Assembly: GCA_951406725.2 (NCBI GenBank)
Contig: OX597833.1
Location: 59,768,001 to 59,832,000, forward strand
Direction of reading: 5' to 3'
Source: Octopus vulgaris
Taxonomy: Eukaryota
Length of the DNA stretch: 64,000 nt
In this document: piece after piece, positions 38,699 to 51,931 of the stretch
Position numbering within the stretch: position 1 is the first letter of the stretch
Layout of the letters: every line of letters begins with the position of its first letter
Translations under genes and position numbers: made by a program
The notes under the pieces: model-generated
Told to the model about the DNA's origin: nothing
The model's input: the letters and a program-made list of their open reading frames with translations, nothing else
Databases searched by the model: none

Positions 38699-39175
38699 TC
38701 AGTCATTTGACTGTCGCCATGCTGGACCACTGCCATTAAGGGTTTTTTAGTCAAAGAAATCGATCCCAGGACTTATTCTTTGTAAGCCTTGTACTTATTT
38801 TATCAGTCTTTGGCCGAACTGTTAAGTTACAGGGATGTAAACACACTAACATTGGTTGTCAAGTGATGGTGGGTGAGAAACACACACACACACACACACA
38901 CACATCATCATCATCATCATTTAATGCCCATTGTCCATGCTGGCATGGGTTGGACAGTTTGACTGGACTGGCATGGTGGAAGGCTGCACCAAACTCCAGT
39001 CTGATTTGGCATGGTTTTAGTTTTCTATGGTTGGATGCCCTTCTTAACACCAAGCACTCCAAGAGTGTAGTGGGTGTTTTTACGTACCATTTGCATGACA
39101 CTGGGGTGCATTTATGTGCCGCTGGCACAGGTGCCAGTTTGCGTGACACCGGTATCTGCCACAACTGCAATTTTG

Positions 39176-39226
<51 letters not shown>

Positions 39227-39231
<5 letters not shown>

Positions 39232-39570
39232 GCATATTTGCCATTTGAATATGGCTAACCCATAAGGGTGGATGCTACTATGAAGGGATCTGACTTCTCA
39301 TCGACAACCATGATTGTCATACGCTGATGAAAGGTAAACACCTTGAAACTCGGGTACGTGTGTATCATGTGTTGAATACGGGGAGGATGACTCCCCTTCA
39401 CAAATACTGAGAGGACACAGATAGTGTGTCTATAGCCAGCTGGAGGAGATATCTTCCTGGGGCTACAAACTACAGTAGCATCCACCCTTATGGGTTAGCC
39501 ATATTCAAATGGCAAATATGCGTCACGATGTGTTACCGCTACTGTTTATAACTCGCTCTGAGATTTATCA
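39227..39570 (+). mobile_element. Penelope-like terminal-repeat fragment with partial inversion between (TA)n tracts
   Basis: 53-bp inverted repeat 39227-39279 / 39474-39526 (1 mismatch), internal hammerhead, (TA)n flanks. Confidence 0.6.
39318..39362 (+). ncRNA. Minimal type-I hammerhead ribozyme, canonical core
   Basis: Stem I CATACG/CGTGTG; core CTGATGA (39324-39330); stem II AAGGT-aaac-ACCTT; GAAA; short quasi-palindromic stem III ACTCGGGT; GUA triplet, predicted cut after 39356. Confidence 0.8.
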
Positions 39571-40551
39571 TATATATATATATATATATATATTCATACA
39601 TGCACAATGAGCTTCTTTTAGCTTCTGTTTACTCATAAGGCTTTGGTGGGATTTTGTTTTACTCGGAACACAAAGGATCAAAGGATCATATCTGAATAGT
39701 AGGAGGTTTTTATGTCTCCAGGTCTTAATGACTCGCCGGCTGCTTCACTATGTTACGATCCCATAGTTTGCTCTCTCTCTCTCTCTCTCTCTCTCCCTCT
39801 TTCTCTCTCTCTCTCTGCCCCACCCCTCGTAGATGGCCAACAGATAATGTAGTAGACGCACATGTATGCACACACGCGTACAGATAAGCTAAAAAACACC
39901 ACCCTCACCATTCTCACCCCTCCATCTTTATCATCACTATCACCAACAATGTCACCATCTCTACCAACCAATACCATCTCCACCACCACCACCAGGACAA
40001 TGACCACCACCATTCCCATCATACTATCACCACCACCACTTCTAGTCCTATTAGAAGTTTCACAAATCTACCAGCAACCAAGTATTTGATAAGAAATCTT
40101 CACTTTTTTTTTTTTAAAGATATTTTTAATAGATGTGAATTAATTTTATAGTGTGAAGACTCCTTAATGTTTCCATGGTAACTGTATATTTGGTCTGTCA
40201 TTGGTCAGGATGTTCAGTTCTATAGGTTTGATAATTTGGCGAAGGTATGAGTGTGCGTGTGTGGGTGGGGAGGAGAAGGCTCACACCTGATAACACAGGT
40301 TTAAGAATGAAGTGTTTGGTGGTAAGAGAGGGGCATGTGCGGAAGACATGCTTATCATGAACTCTATTGCCTTATCTCTCTCTCTCTCTCACACACACAC
40401 AGACTCTCTCTCTCACTCTCTTAAATGTGCATGTATCCATGTTCTCATGCATACACACACACACACATACACACTCTTATGTGACACATTCTTACTTGCA
40501 TAAACATATACAGATACTATATACTCTTGCACACACACATGCACGCACATA

Positions 40552-40968
40552 AGACGGTGGATTGGCAGAATCGTTAGCATGCCAAGCGAAATGCTTAGCG
40601 GTATTTTGTCTGCCGTTACGTTCTGAGTTCAAATTCCGCCATGATCGACTTTGCCTTTCATCCTTTCGGGGTTGATAAATTAAGTACCAGTTACGCACTG
40701 GGGTCGATATAATCGACTTAATCCCTTTGTCTGTCCTTGTTTGTCCCCTCTGTGTTTAGCCCCTTGTGGGTAGTAAAGAAATAGGTATTTTGTCTGCCGC
40801 TACGTTCTCAGTTCAAATTCCGCCATGATCGACTTTGCCTTTCATCCTTTCGGGGTCGATAAATTAAGTACTAGTTACGCACTGGGGTCGAATGTAATCG
40901 ACTTAATCCCTTTGTCTGTCCTTGTTTGTCCCCTCTATGTTTAGCCCCTTGTGGGCAATAAATAAATA
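40552..40968 (+). mobile_element. SINE family B tandem dimer
   Basis: Two units sharing the private variant ccgccatgatcgac. Confidence 0.85.
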
Positions 40969-41248
40969 ATACATGCACACACAGTCTTACATACACACAA
41001 ATATATTCAAGAAATAAGAAGAAATCATTTATTCTGGGGTGGGGGACCTTGACTGTGAAGCTAAGAAGTTCACTTCACATTTGCAAGATTTCAGGTTCAT
41101 TCTCACTCTGTGGCATCAGTCGAGTGTTTTTCGCTATGGCCTTGGCATGACCAATGCCTGGTGAGTGAAACCGGTTGACAAAAACTGTATTGCTCACTCA
41201 TAGTGCAATGTGCACACACACACACACACACACACACTCGAAATAAAA

Positions 41249-41555
41249 TCTTTATATATAAAATTCAAGTTATGTGTGTGAGACTCTGTCTCCTCCGATT
41301 TAGATTCCTAACTACTCCCACATTTTGCGGTGCAGTTTAACCAAAAGCGGGTATCTTATAGTCGTCATTCATATCGAGCCCTTCTGGGTATTAGCGCGCG
41401 TCAACGACGAGTCTACGATTTAAAAAAAAATTTACCATAATTTTTCTGCATTTTTAATGATTTTTGCTCGTGTTATATAAGGGAAGTAACTCTCTAAAAA
41501 TGCTTATATAGTTATTTCCCTTATAAACCCGAGCAACGCCGGGCGATACTGCTAG
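41249..41555 (+). mobile_element. Non-autonomous Helitron
   Basis: A|TC start and CTAG|T end. The last ~70 bp are nearly identical to the end of 3208-3581. Confidence 0.8.
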
Positions 41556-42285
41556 TTATTTATAAAACTAGTGAACATAAGTCTCCTTCCAAAAATGGGA
41601 GACGGCCACCTAGTCAGGACACGCTAGATGTAAGGATTTTTGACATCAGCTCAAAACGTTAATTATAATGGTTTCAAATTTTGCCATAAGGGCAGCAATT
41701 TTGGGAGAGGGGATGAGTCGATTACATCGACCCCCCAGTGTGCAACTGGTACTTATTTTGACCCTGAAAGGATCAAAGGCAAAGTTGATCTCGGTGGAAT
41801 TTGAACTCAGAACATAGCGACAGGCAAAATACTGCTAAACATTTTGTCCAGCGCACTAACCAGTCTGCCAGTTCGCCCCCTTGTTTCAAATTTTGGCACA
41901 AGGCCAGCAATTTTACGGAAAGGGAGTTAGTTGATTACATCAACCCCAGTTTTTGACCAGTGCTTTATTTTATTGACCCTAGGTGGATGAAAGGCCAAGT
42001 CGACCTCAGCAGTATTTGAACTGAGAATGTAATCAGCCAGAAGACATGCTGCTAAGCATTCTGTCCAATACACTAATGGTCCTGACAGCTCACTACCTTG
42101 AGCTATTATAGGCATAAGGATTGAAATTTATATGGAGGGGTGGGGCTAATCGATTACATTTCTCCCCCAGTGTTTCATAGGGTACTTATTTTATCAACCC
42201 CGAAAGGATGGAAGTTGGCCTCAGCAGTATTTGAACTTAACATAAAAAAAATCAAAGAAGTACTGCTAAGCATTCTATCTAACAT

Positions 42286-42718
42286 GCTGGGCTGGATTAA
42301 GACCCATCAAGGCCCTAAGCACTTAAAAGATTTTGGTGCCCCCATAAAAGATTATGTAATTCAAAATATAAACAACAACCAACCATAAAATAAATTTTCA
42401 TTTTTCAAAATGAAACAAAACATTAGGAGGGAAAATAATGTTTATTTTTGTCTACTTCCACTTTATTTATATTTGAAAAGTTTCCTCCTACTTTTTTGAA
42501 TTGCAAAATCTTTGATCGGATCCTCAAAATTAATCTTAGGTAACATATCTGCATCTATACTTAGTAGAGATAAAGGCATCTCGAATATTATCTTAGCAAG
42601 TTTAAAGTGATTTCTTTTGTGCTGTAAACCATTTACCATTTCTGTGGTGCCCCCCGCCCTCCTTCCCTTGATGCCCTAAGCACGTGTTTATTTTACTTAA
42701 TGGTTAATCCAGTGCTGG
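42286..42718 (-). mobile_element. hAT-family deletion derivative
   Basis: Termini gggctggattaa / ttaatccagtgctg with subterminal gccctaagcac repeats. The minus strand encodes LSLLSIDADMLPKINFEDPIKDFAIQKSRRKLF, the hAT transposase C-terminal motif. Confidence 0.7.
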
Positions 42719-43232
42719 ATGCTAATGGTTCTATCATAATAATAACGATAGCGAAGATAAGCCTTTCTACTATAAGGCAGAAGGCCTGAAATTTTTGGAG
42801 GGAGTGTGTAGTTTATCATCACATAGATCCATCCCAGTGTTCAACCGGTGCTTATTTTATCAATCCCGAAAGGATGAAAGACAAAGTCGACCTCAGCAGT
42901 ATTTGAATTCAGAATGTATATAGAGTGAGAAGAAGTGCTGCTAAACATGTTGTCCAACGTACTAATGATTCTGCCAGCTTACCACCTTCATAATAATAAC
43001 GATAATAATAATAATAATAATAATAATTTTTTTTTTTTTTTTAGAAGCATTATTGTAATTGGATGAGTCTGTTTACTCTGCCTTGTCCCCTTTGCCATGC
43101 ATAAACTGATTCTTAGGAAAGCTGGCAATCATTGGTTCACGTATTGGAAGAATCATCTCTCAAAACAGATGGCACCTCTCGACTAATTTGGTTATAACAA
43201 CCTTCATTATCTCAACATGAAACAGTTTACGT

Positions 43233-43287
<55 letters not shown>

Positions 43288-43496
43288 CACACACACAGAG
43301 TATTTATTGCATATTATTTAACATAACATCAGCGATTAATGAACACGTGTCCATATATACACATACATACATACATACAGGTGCATGCAAACATAAACAT
43401 ACTCATATACACACATACATACTCATATACACACACATACATACATAGACACATGCTTACCTATGTTCACACATATGCATATATTTGCATGCACAT

Positions 43497-43532
<36 letters not shown>

Positions 43533-43949
43533 GGAACTATAAGGGACTATAGGCCTAACTCTATTTAGAATAGGGCTATATAGGCCTAACTATATTTGTA
43601 ATTAGGGCCTAACACTATTTAGAATAGGGCTCTATAGGCTTAACACCATTATAGGGGACCATAAAGCCTAATATCAGAGCAGGACATGCTAAGCCTAACA
43701 GTATATATTAGAGGGAACTTTAGGGTCAAACACCATTTAGAATAGGGGACTATTAGCCTAAAGGTAGGACATGGAACTATAGACCAATCATTATTTTTTA
43801 TTGTTTACAGTCTGAGTTCAAATCCTGCTAACAGTTATTAACTAGGGTCTATACAAGCAGCTATGCTTTTCTCCACCAGCTCCTTGTTGTAGTCTCCTGT
43901 TAAGAAATCATTTGTAGTAGCAATGATAGTAGTACAGTGGTAGTTGTGA

Positions 43950-44171
43950 TGCAGTGGTGGTGGTGGTGGTGATTTTGGTAGTGGTAGTAGTAATGGTGGT
44001 AATGTGGTAGTGGTGGTAGTAGTAGTAGTTGTTGTAGTAGTAGTAGTAGTAGTTGTAGTAGAAGTAGAAGTAGTAGTAGTTGTAGTAGTGGTAGAAGTAG
44101 TAGTAGTTGTAGTAGTAGTAGTAGTAGTGGTGGTAGAAGTAGTAGTAGTAGTAGTAGTTGTTGTTGTTGTT

Positions 44172-44204
<33 letters not shown>

Positions 44205-44205
44205 A
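43950..44205. repeat. (GTA)n/(GTG)n/(GTT)n trinucleotide microsatellite
   Basis: Direct inspection. Confidence 0.95.
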
Positions 44206-44766
44206 TATCAACCGTGGTTGTCATGGTGGTAGTAATCTCTGCTGGAGATCTTAACAGTCCCCTCGTCTTCCCCCCGTCCCTCTGTAATCTCTGATATTTT
44301 ACCCACCTCTGCCTCCCACACTTCATCCTTTCCATCTGTTTTTCCACACTCCAAATATCCCAACATAGAAAGATAGAGGGCTGAAGAGAATATAATTCCT
44401 TTTTAGGGATCATATATGGGGGTGAAAGAGGGGGAGGAGGAGATGGGGTGGGTAGGATTTATTTCTTCTCTAATTAGTGATGGGCATATGTAATTAAGAT
44501 TAGGTTGAGGTGAGGCTGAAACGATAAAGACGGGCAGGTAAGATGAAGATTTGAAGTAGAGAAGAGGGCGTGAGTTTGAGGAGATGTTGTGATGTGTATG
44601 TTTTCCCAAGGGCTCAAGTAATCGAAATAAAGTAGCACCTACTGGGAATTGAACCCTGTTACAGACCTTGGTCTATCGTATTTGTAACAACAGCAACATT
44701 TCTTAAAACAAATTATTTATCATTATTATTATTAACAATAATAATAATAATAATAATAGTTTCAAA

Positions 44767-44937
44767 CGCAGGAGTGGCTGTGTGGTAAGTAGCTTGTTTA
44801 CCAACCACATGGTTCCGGGTTCAATCCCACTGCGTGGCACCTTGGGCAAGTGTCTTCTGCTATAGCCCCGGGCTGACCAAAGCCTTGTGAGTGGATTTGG
44901 TAGACGGAAACTGAAAGAAGCCTGTCGTATATATATG

Positions 44938-44968
<31 letters not shown>

Positions 44969-45194
44969 TTGTGTATCTGTGTTTCTCCCCCTTGCATTGC
45001 TTGACAACCGATGCTGGTGTGTTTATGTCCCTGTTACTTAGCGGTTTGGCAAAAAGAGACCGATAGAATAAGTACTGGGCTTACAAAAAGAATAAGTCCC
45101 GGAGTCAAGTTGCTCGATTAAAGGCGGTGCTCCAGCATGGCCGCAGTCAAATGACTGAAACAAGTAAAAGAGTAAAAGAGAGAGAGTAAAAGAG
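44767..45194 (+). mobile_element. SINE family A inserted in the arm of a fold-back element
   Basis: Family A consensus. Confidence 0.9.
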
Positions 45195-45315
45195 TAATAT
45201 AGCGTGAACAGGATAAGCTGCCCCTATTTTGCAGAAAAAAATGTTGGCAGCTGAGCCGGCTGCCAACACTTTTTTTTTAAAAATAGGGGTAGCTTATCTT
45301 GTTCACGCTATATTA
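45195..45315. mobile_element. Fold-back (palindromic MITE-like) element
   Basis: Near-perfect hairpin taatatagcgtgaacaggataagctgcccctatttt...tgttggcagc / gctgccaaca...aaaataggggtagcttatcttgttcacgctatatta. Outer arms are at 44762-44773 and 45325-45336. Confidence 0.75.
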
Positions 45316-47226
45316 TTAGCATCATCCTGCGTTTGAGAATTTAAAATCACTTCTTTAACTTTCTAAGACATCTCAATGCTTCTAGAGCAAACTTCATTTG
45401 TTTATGTTCATCGTCATAGTTTCAAATTTTGGCACACGGCCAGAAATTTTGTGGGAGGTGTTCAGTTGATTACATCAACCCCAGTGTTCAACTGGTACAT
45501 ATTTTATTGACCCCGAAAGGATGAAAGGCAAAGTCAACCTTGGCAGAATTTGAACTCAAAATGTAAAGACAGATGAAATGTCGCTAAGCATTTTACCCAG
45601 TATGCTAATGATTCTGCCAATAATCCTTTCTACTAAAGGCACAAGGGCTGAAATTTGGGGCAGAGGACCAGTTGATTACTTAATTTATCGACCCCAAAAG
45701 GATGAAAGGTGAAGTTGATCTTGGCAGAGTTTGAACTCAGAACATAACAACTGGTGAAATACCGCTAAGCATTTTATCCAGTGTGCTAATGATTCTGCCA
45801 GCTCACTGCCTTCATCATCATCATCATCATCATTTAACGTCCGCTTTCCATGCTAGCATGGGTTGGACGGTTCAGCTTGGGGGGAAAGCCCGAAGGCTAC
45901 ACCAGGCCAGTCAGATCTGGCAGTGTTTCTACAGCTCGATGCCCTTCCTAACGCCAACCACTCCGAGAGTGTAGTGGGTGATTTTATGTGCCACCGACAC
46001 AGGTGCCAGACGAGGCTGGCAGACGGCCACGCTCGGATGGTGTTTTTTTATGTGCCACCGACACTAATAATAATAATGATTTCAAATTTTTGCCACAAAG
46101 GCAGCTTGGGGGTAAGGGATTAAGTCGATTACATCGACCCCAGTGTTCCACTGGTATGTGTATGTAATTTATCGACCTCGAAAGGATGAAAGGCAAAGTC
46201 AACCTTGGCGGGATTTGAACTCGGAACGTAGGGACAGGCAAAATCCCGTTAAGCATTCCATTCAGCATGCTAACGATTCTGCCAGCTCACCATCTTAATA
46301 ATAATGATAATGGATGGGATTTGAACTCAGAACATAAACATCCCTAGCTAAAAAGGTAACAAGGTATTTTGTCCAGTACTCTCTACAGCTCCTAATAATC
46401 ATCATCATCATCATTTAGCGTCCGCTTTCCATGCTAGCATGGGTTGGATGGTTCAACTGGGGTCTGTGAAGCCAGAAGGCTGCATCAGGCCCAGTCTGAT
46501 CTGGCAGTGTTTCTACGGCTGGATGCCCTTCCTAAAGCCAACCACTCCGTCAGTGTAGTGGGTGCTTTTTACGTGCCACCGGCACAGGTGCCAGACGGAG
46601 CTGGCAAACGGCCACGGATGGAAGGTGCTTTTTACGTGCCACCGGCACGGGGGCCAGGCGAGGGTGGCAACGGCCACAATCGGATGGTGCTTTTTACGTG
46701 CCACCGGCACGGGGGCCAGGTGAGGCTGGCAACGGCCACGAACAGATGGTGCTTTTACATGCCATCGGCACGGGGCCCAGGCGAGGCTGACTAGGTATTT
46801 TTTCCAGTACTCTCTACAGCTCCTATCATACCACCAAATATCTTTATAGTAAAAAAAAAAAAAATCTTAGATGTAGTTTTGCATTTCCAGGAGAGAAAGC
46901 AACAGCTTGTGGTGAAGGCCATGCTTTCTGTAAAGTACTTAATTAAATGAAACGAAACCTTTTCTACTTGAGATTTGAAACTGATCATGAACTCCCCATC
47001 AGCTTGTATTGTGGAGGAGGAAGTTGTCGGTGATTGAGTAGATTTGGGGTGGAGATTGTCATCAGATGGCAGCAAACAAAGGTTAGATATCTAATTAGAA
47101 AAATTACATAGCTTTTTGTCACCAAATGTGTTCAATAATTAATTTTTCTTGCTCATTTCTCTGGCTTGGTGTTGGCAGACTGTTTAATGGTGCCATTTAT
47201 AAATAGATCCATTACATGTGGATCTA

Positions 47227-47388
47227 GGCGCAGGAGTGGCTGTGTGGTAAGTAGCTTGCTTACCAACCACATGGTTCCAGGTTCAGTCCCACTGCGTGGC
47301 ATCTTGGGCAAGTGTCTTCTGCTATAGCCCCGGGCCGACCAATGCCTTGTGAGTGGATTTGGTAGACGGAAACTGAAAGAAGCCTGTC

Positions 47389-47446
<58 letters not shown>

Positions 47447-47655
47447 ATATGTTTGTGTGTCTGTGTTTGTCCCCCTAGCATTGCTTGACAACCGATGCTG
47501 GTGTGTTTACGTCCCCGTCACTTAGCGGTTCGGCAAAAGAGGCCGATAGAATAAGTACTGGGCTTACAAAAGAATAAGTCCCGGGGTCGATTTGCTCGAC
47601 TAAAGGTGGTGCTCCAGCATGGCCGCAGTCAAATGACTGAAACAAGTAAGAGAGT
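47227..47655 (+). mobile_element. SINE family A
   Basis: Family A consensus. Confidence 0.9.
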
Positions 47656-47869
47656 ATATGTGTGTGTGTGTTTTGTACATGTACACGCACACACACGCAT
47701 GTAAAAATCACCAGTCTTTCTGGCAGCCTTGACCATTTTAATGGAGACTGGACTTTATTCTGTATCACTACTCTCCAAACTGGTCCATAATGCTGCACTC
47801 AATGAACCCCCACAGTGGCACTCTACAACATTATCTATACTACTGTGACACATTATTGGTAGTGTCTAT

Positions 47870-48656
47870 ACCTATTTCTTTACTACCCACGAGGGGCTAA
47901 ACACAGAAGGGACAAACAAGGACAGACAAACGGATTAAGTTGATTATATCGACCCCAGTGCGCAACTGGTACTTATTTAATCGACCCCGAAAGGATGAAA
48001 GGCAAAGTCGACCTCAGCAGAATTTGAACTCAGAACGTAGCAGCAGACGAAGACCTATTTCTTTACTACCCACGAGGGGCTAAACACAGAGGGGACAAAC
48101 AAGGACAGACAAACGGATTAAGTTGATTATATCGACCCCAGTGCGCAACTGGTACTTATTTAATCGACCCCGAAAGGATGAAAGGCAAAGTCGACCTCAG
48201 CGGAATTTGAACTCAGAACGTAGCAGCAGACGGAAACCTATTTCTTTACTACCCACAAAGGGCTAAACACAGAGAGGACAAACAAGGACAGACAAACGGA
48301 TTAAGTCGATTATATCGACCCCAGTGCGTAACTGGTACTTATTTAATCGACCCCCAAAAGGATGAAATGCAAAGTCGACCTCAGCAGAATTTGAACTCAG
48401 AACGTAGCAGCAGACGAAGACCTATTTCTTTACTGCCCACAAGGTGCTAAACACAGAGAGGACAAACAAGGATAGACAAAGGGATTAAGTCGATTATATC
48501 GACCCCCAGTGCGTAACTGGTACTTAGTTAATCGACCCCCGAAAGGATGAAAGGCAAAGTCAACCTTGGCAGAATTTGAACTCACAACGTAGTGGCAAAT
48601 GAAATACGGCTATGCATTTCGCCTGGCTTGCTAACGTCTCTGCCAGCTTGCCGCCT
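47870..48656 (-). mobile_element. SINE family B tandem tetramer
   Basis: Four ~184-bp head-to-tail units; only one carries the 5' head. Confidence 0.85.
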
Positions 48657-48973
48657 TCTGTGGTATAGTGTCTATACCACAACCACCACCGCTACTACAG
48701 TTGAAATGCTCAAATTATGCTACAAGTAATAAATCTGATTCTGATGAACTTTAAAGTACCTTGTGTTTAGTTTTTATTTCTATCATGTTCTGAGTTCAAA
48801 TCCAACTGAAGACCATTTCGTTTTTCATCTCCCTAGGGGGTTGATAAAATATCAGTCATAAACTGGGCCGATTCAGTCAGTCAGCTACCACGCCCATTCA
48901 CTCTCCCCTGGTTTTGTATTTCTATTAGAAGTTATTATAGTGATGTAAGCAGCACATGATATATATATAGCTA

Positions 48974-50100
48974 GGTGTGGCTGTGTGGTAAGTAGGTTGC
49001 TTACCAACCACATGGTTTTGGATTCAGTCCCACTGCGTAGCATCTTGGGCAAGTGTCTCCCACTATAGTCTTGGGCAACCAACACCTTGTGAGTGGATTT
49101 GGTAAACGGAAATTGAAAGAAGCCAGTTGTGTGTATATGTGTGTGTGTGTGTGTCCCACCATCGCTTAACAACTGATGTTGGTGTGTTTATGTCCCCATA
49201 ACTTAGTGGTTTGGCAAAAGAGACCGATAGAATAAGTACTAAGCTTACAAAGAATAAGTCCTGGGGTCGATTTATTCGACTAAATGAGGTGCTCCAGCAT
49301 GGCCACAATCAAATACCAGAAACAAATAAAAGAATATATTTCTATATATATATAGATATATATAAAATCTTGTTTCTGTCATTGGACTGCAGCCATGCTG
49401 GGTCACCACTTTGAAGTGTTTGGTCGAACAAATCGACTTCAGTTCTTAACTTCAAGTCTGGTACATATTCTATCAGTCTTTTTTGCCAAGCTGCTAAGTT
49501 GCAAGGGTGTAAGCAAACCAACAATGGTTATCAAGCTGTGTGGTGGGGACGAACACAAACACACACACGTACTTACATTCTTATATTTGTTTCAGTCATT
49601 TGACTGCGGCCATGCTGGAGCACCACTTTTAGTCAAACAAATCAACCCCAGGACTTACTTTTTGTAAGCCTAGTACTTATTTTATCAGCCTTTTTTGCCA
49701 AACCGCTCAGTTACAGGAATGTAAACACACGAACATCAGTTGTGAAGTAATGTTGGACACGGACACACACACAAACGTATACACAGATATACGATGGGAT
49801 TCTTTCAGTTTCCGTCTACCAAATCCACTCACAAGGCTTTGGTCAGCCCAAGGCTATTATAGAAGACACTTCCCCAAAGTCCCACGCAGTTGAACTGAAC
49901 CTGGAACCATGTGGTTGATAAAGAAGCTACTTACCAGACAGCCACTCCTGCACTCACATGATGAGCTTCTTACAATTGCCATCTACCAAATCCACTCAAA
50001 GGTTTTTGTTGGCCTGGGGCTATAGTGCAAGGCGCATGCCCAGGGTGCCATGCAGTGGGACTGAACCCAAGCCCACATGGTTGAGAAACGAACTTCTTAC
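48974..50100. mobile_element. Cluster of SINE-A copies in both orientations
   Basis: + copy at 48974-49333; - copies at about 49370-49560, 49580-49952 and 49960-50100. Confidence 0.8.
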
Positions 50101-50880
50101 GCATATCAGCACATTTTCTTATTTATTGCATCATACTGCATATGTTATAATATCCCTATCGACCCGAGACCTCTTCTAACCACATATCTTTGATAATGGG
50201 CAGCAGGGTGTGGTACTCTGTGCGTTATCTGTTGAGTGTTGCAAGGTTACAGGCTGAATAAGCTGAAGTGTATCCCAGTTTCTATGGTGTTTGTGCACGT
50301 TCCCTCTGCCACCGAATGGGGCACCAGTCTATTGCAGAGTTGACCCACCAGTTAATTACTTGGGCTTATTTTCAGCTGAATGTGCTGAAACTGTGTGAAA
50401 CGAAGGGTGCCTTGCACAACGACACAACGTGCTGCAGGTCAGGAGAATCAAACCCACATTCTGATATTCCTGATATCAACACTGAAACCACTACTAACCA
50501 CGTGCTTTGTTTGTAGAATGAAGAATGAAGTATTAAGTATTCATTGTGTTAATTGTGGAGTGTTGCACTCTTTAAGTGTGACATTCGCTGCATCCTACGC
50601 TTTTGTCTCTTATCACTGGGTTCAATTTCTCTGAGTTCTACAGGACTCTTTTATGGGATTGTGTATCATTGCCGCTTGTTGTGTTGCTAGAAAAATGACG
50701 TGTGTGTGTGTGTATCCCCAGTTTAACCTTTACCTGTGTAATCTTTTGGGGGTACCATGTTACTTCAGAAATGACCTATATATCTATATATATCCTCGCC
50801 CCTAACTTTGTAGTGTAGGATGTTACCCCAGAAGTGATCTATATGTATATATACACTCCATTTTAGTTTGTGTGTGTGTA

Positions 50881-50923
<43 letters not shown>

Positions 50924-50926
50924 TAA

Positions 50927-50982
<56 letters not shown>

Positions 50983-51094
50983 ATATATATGTGTGTGCGT
51001 GTGTGTGTGTGTATATGTGTATATATGTGTGTGTGTATATGTGTATATATATGTGTTTGTGTATATGTGTATATATGTGTGTGTGTGTATATAT

Positions 51095-51126
<32 letters not shown>

Positions 51127-51203
51127 GTGTGTATGTGTGTATATGTGTGTGTGTGTGTATATGTGTATATATATGTGTGTGTGTGTGTGTATATGTGTAT
51201 ATA

Positions 51204-51236
<33 letters not shown>

Positions 51237-51276
51237 ATATGTGTATATATGTGTGTGTGTGTGTGTGTATGTGTAT

Positions 51277-51308
<32 letters not shown>

Positions 51309-51931
51309 GTGTATGTGTGTATATATATATATATGTGTGTGTGTATATATATATGCGTATATATATGTATACACACACACACAAAATAACTATCGCCGTC
51401 TATTGATTCTCTTTCACTATGATATAAATGGTCAGTTATATTTTATTAATGAGACATTTCCTATAGAATCCTAATTAAATGCTAATTAATCACACGAAGA
51501 CAGTAACAAATCCATAAATATAATTTTGACTTTCACGCAAATGTATGAATGTTTATTTTGAGTAGAGTCAGTGAGAGTTAACTCCCTTGTACAACACCTC
51601 GTTGATTGATATGATATCCAGGATAGCACACTTTATCTTATTTCTACACCTATTTGTAGTTTAACTACCCCCCACACATACACATACACTCGCGCACACA
51701 CGAACATACGTATGTGTATGTATTTGTTGTGATTAATCGTTCAAAGCCTCTCCTTACAATATCTTTATATCCTCACATAAAAATCTACTTCAGTTTACCT
51801 TGTATGTCCTGCCCGAGGGACGACCTGGTGGTGGAAAAGTGATTCCTATTTGTTATCGCCAAGAATATGGCCCTGTGGAAACTAAAGACACAGTCTTCAG
51901 TCATATGACATTGTCGTTAACTGTAATATAA

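Noticed and set aside
43838-44413. Poly-Thr mucin-like ORF, and poly-His/Gly ORFs at 57412-58313
   Set aside because: Trinucleotide microsatellites with no splice or domain support.
46791-47075. 94-aa minus-strand ORF in non-microsatellite sequence
   Set aside because: No recognisable domain or splice structure, and the + strand exon-like reading hits a stop in the required phase.
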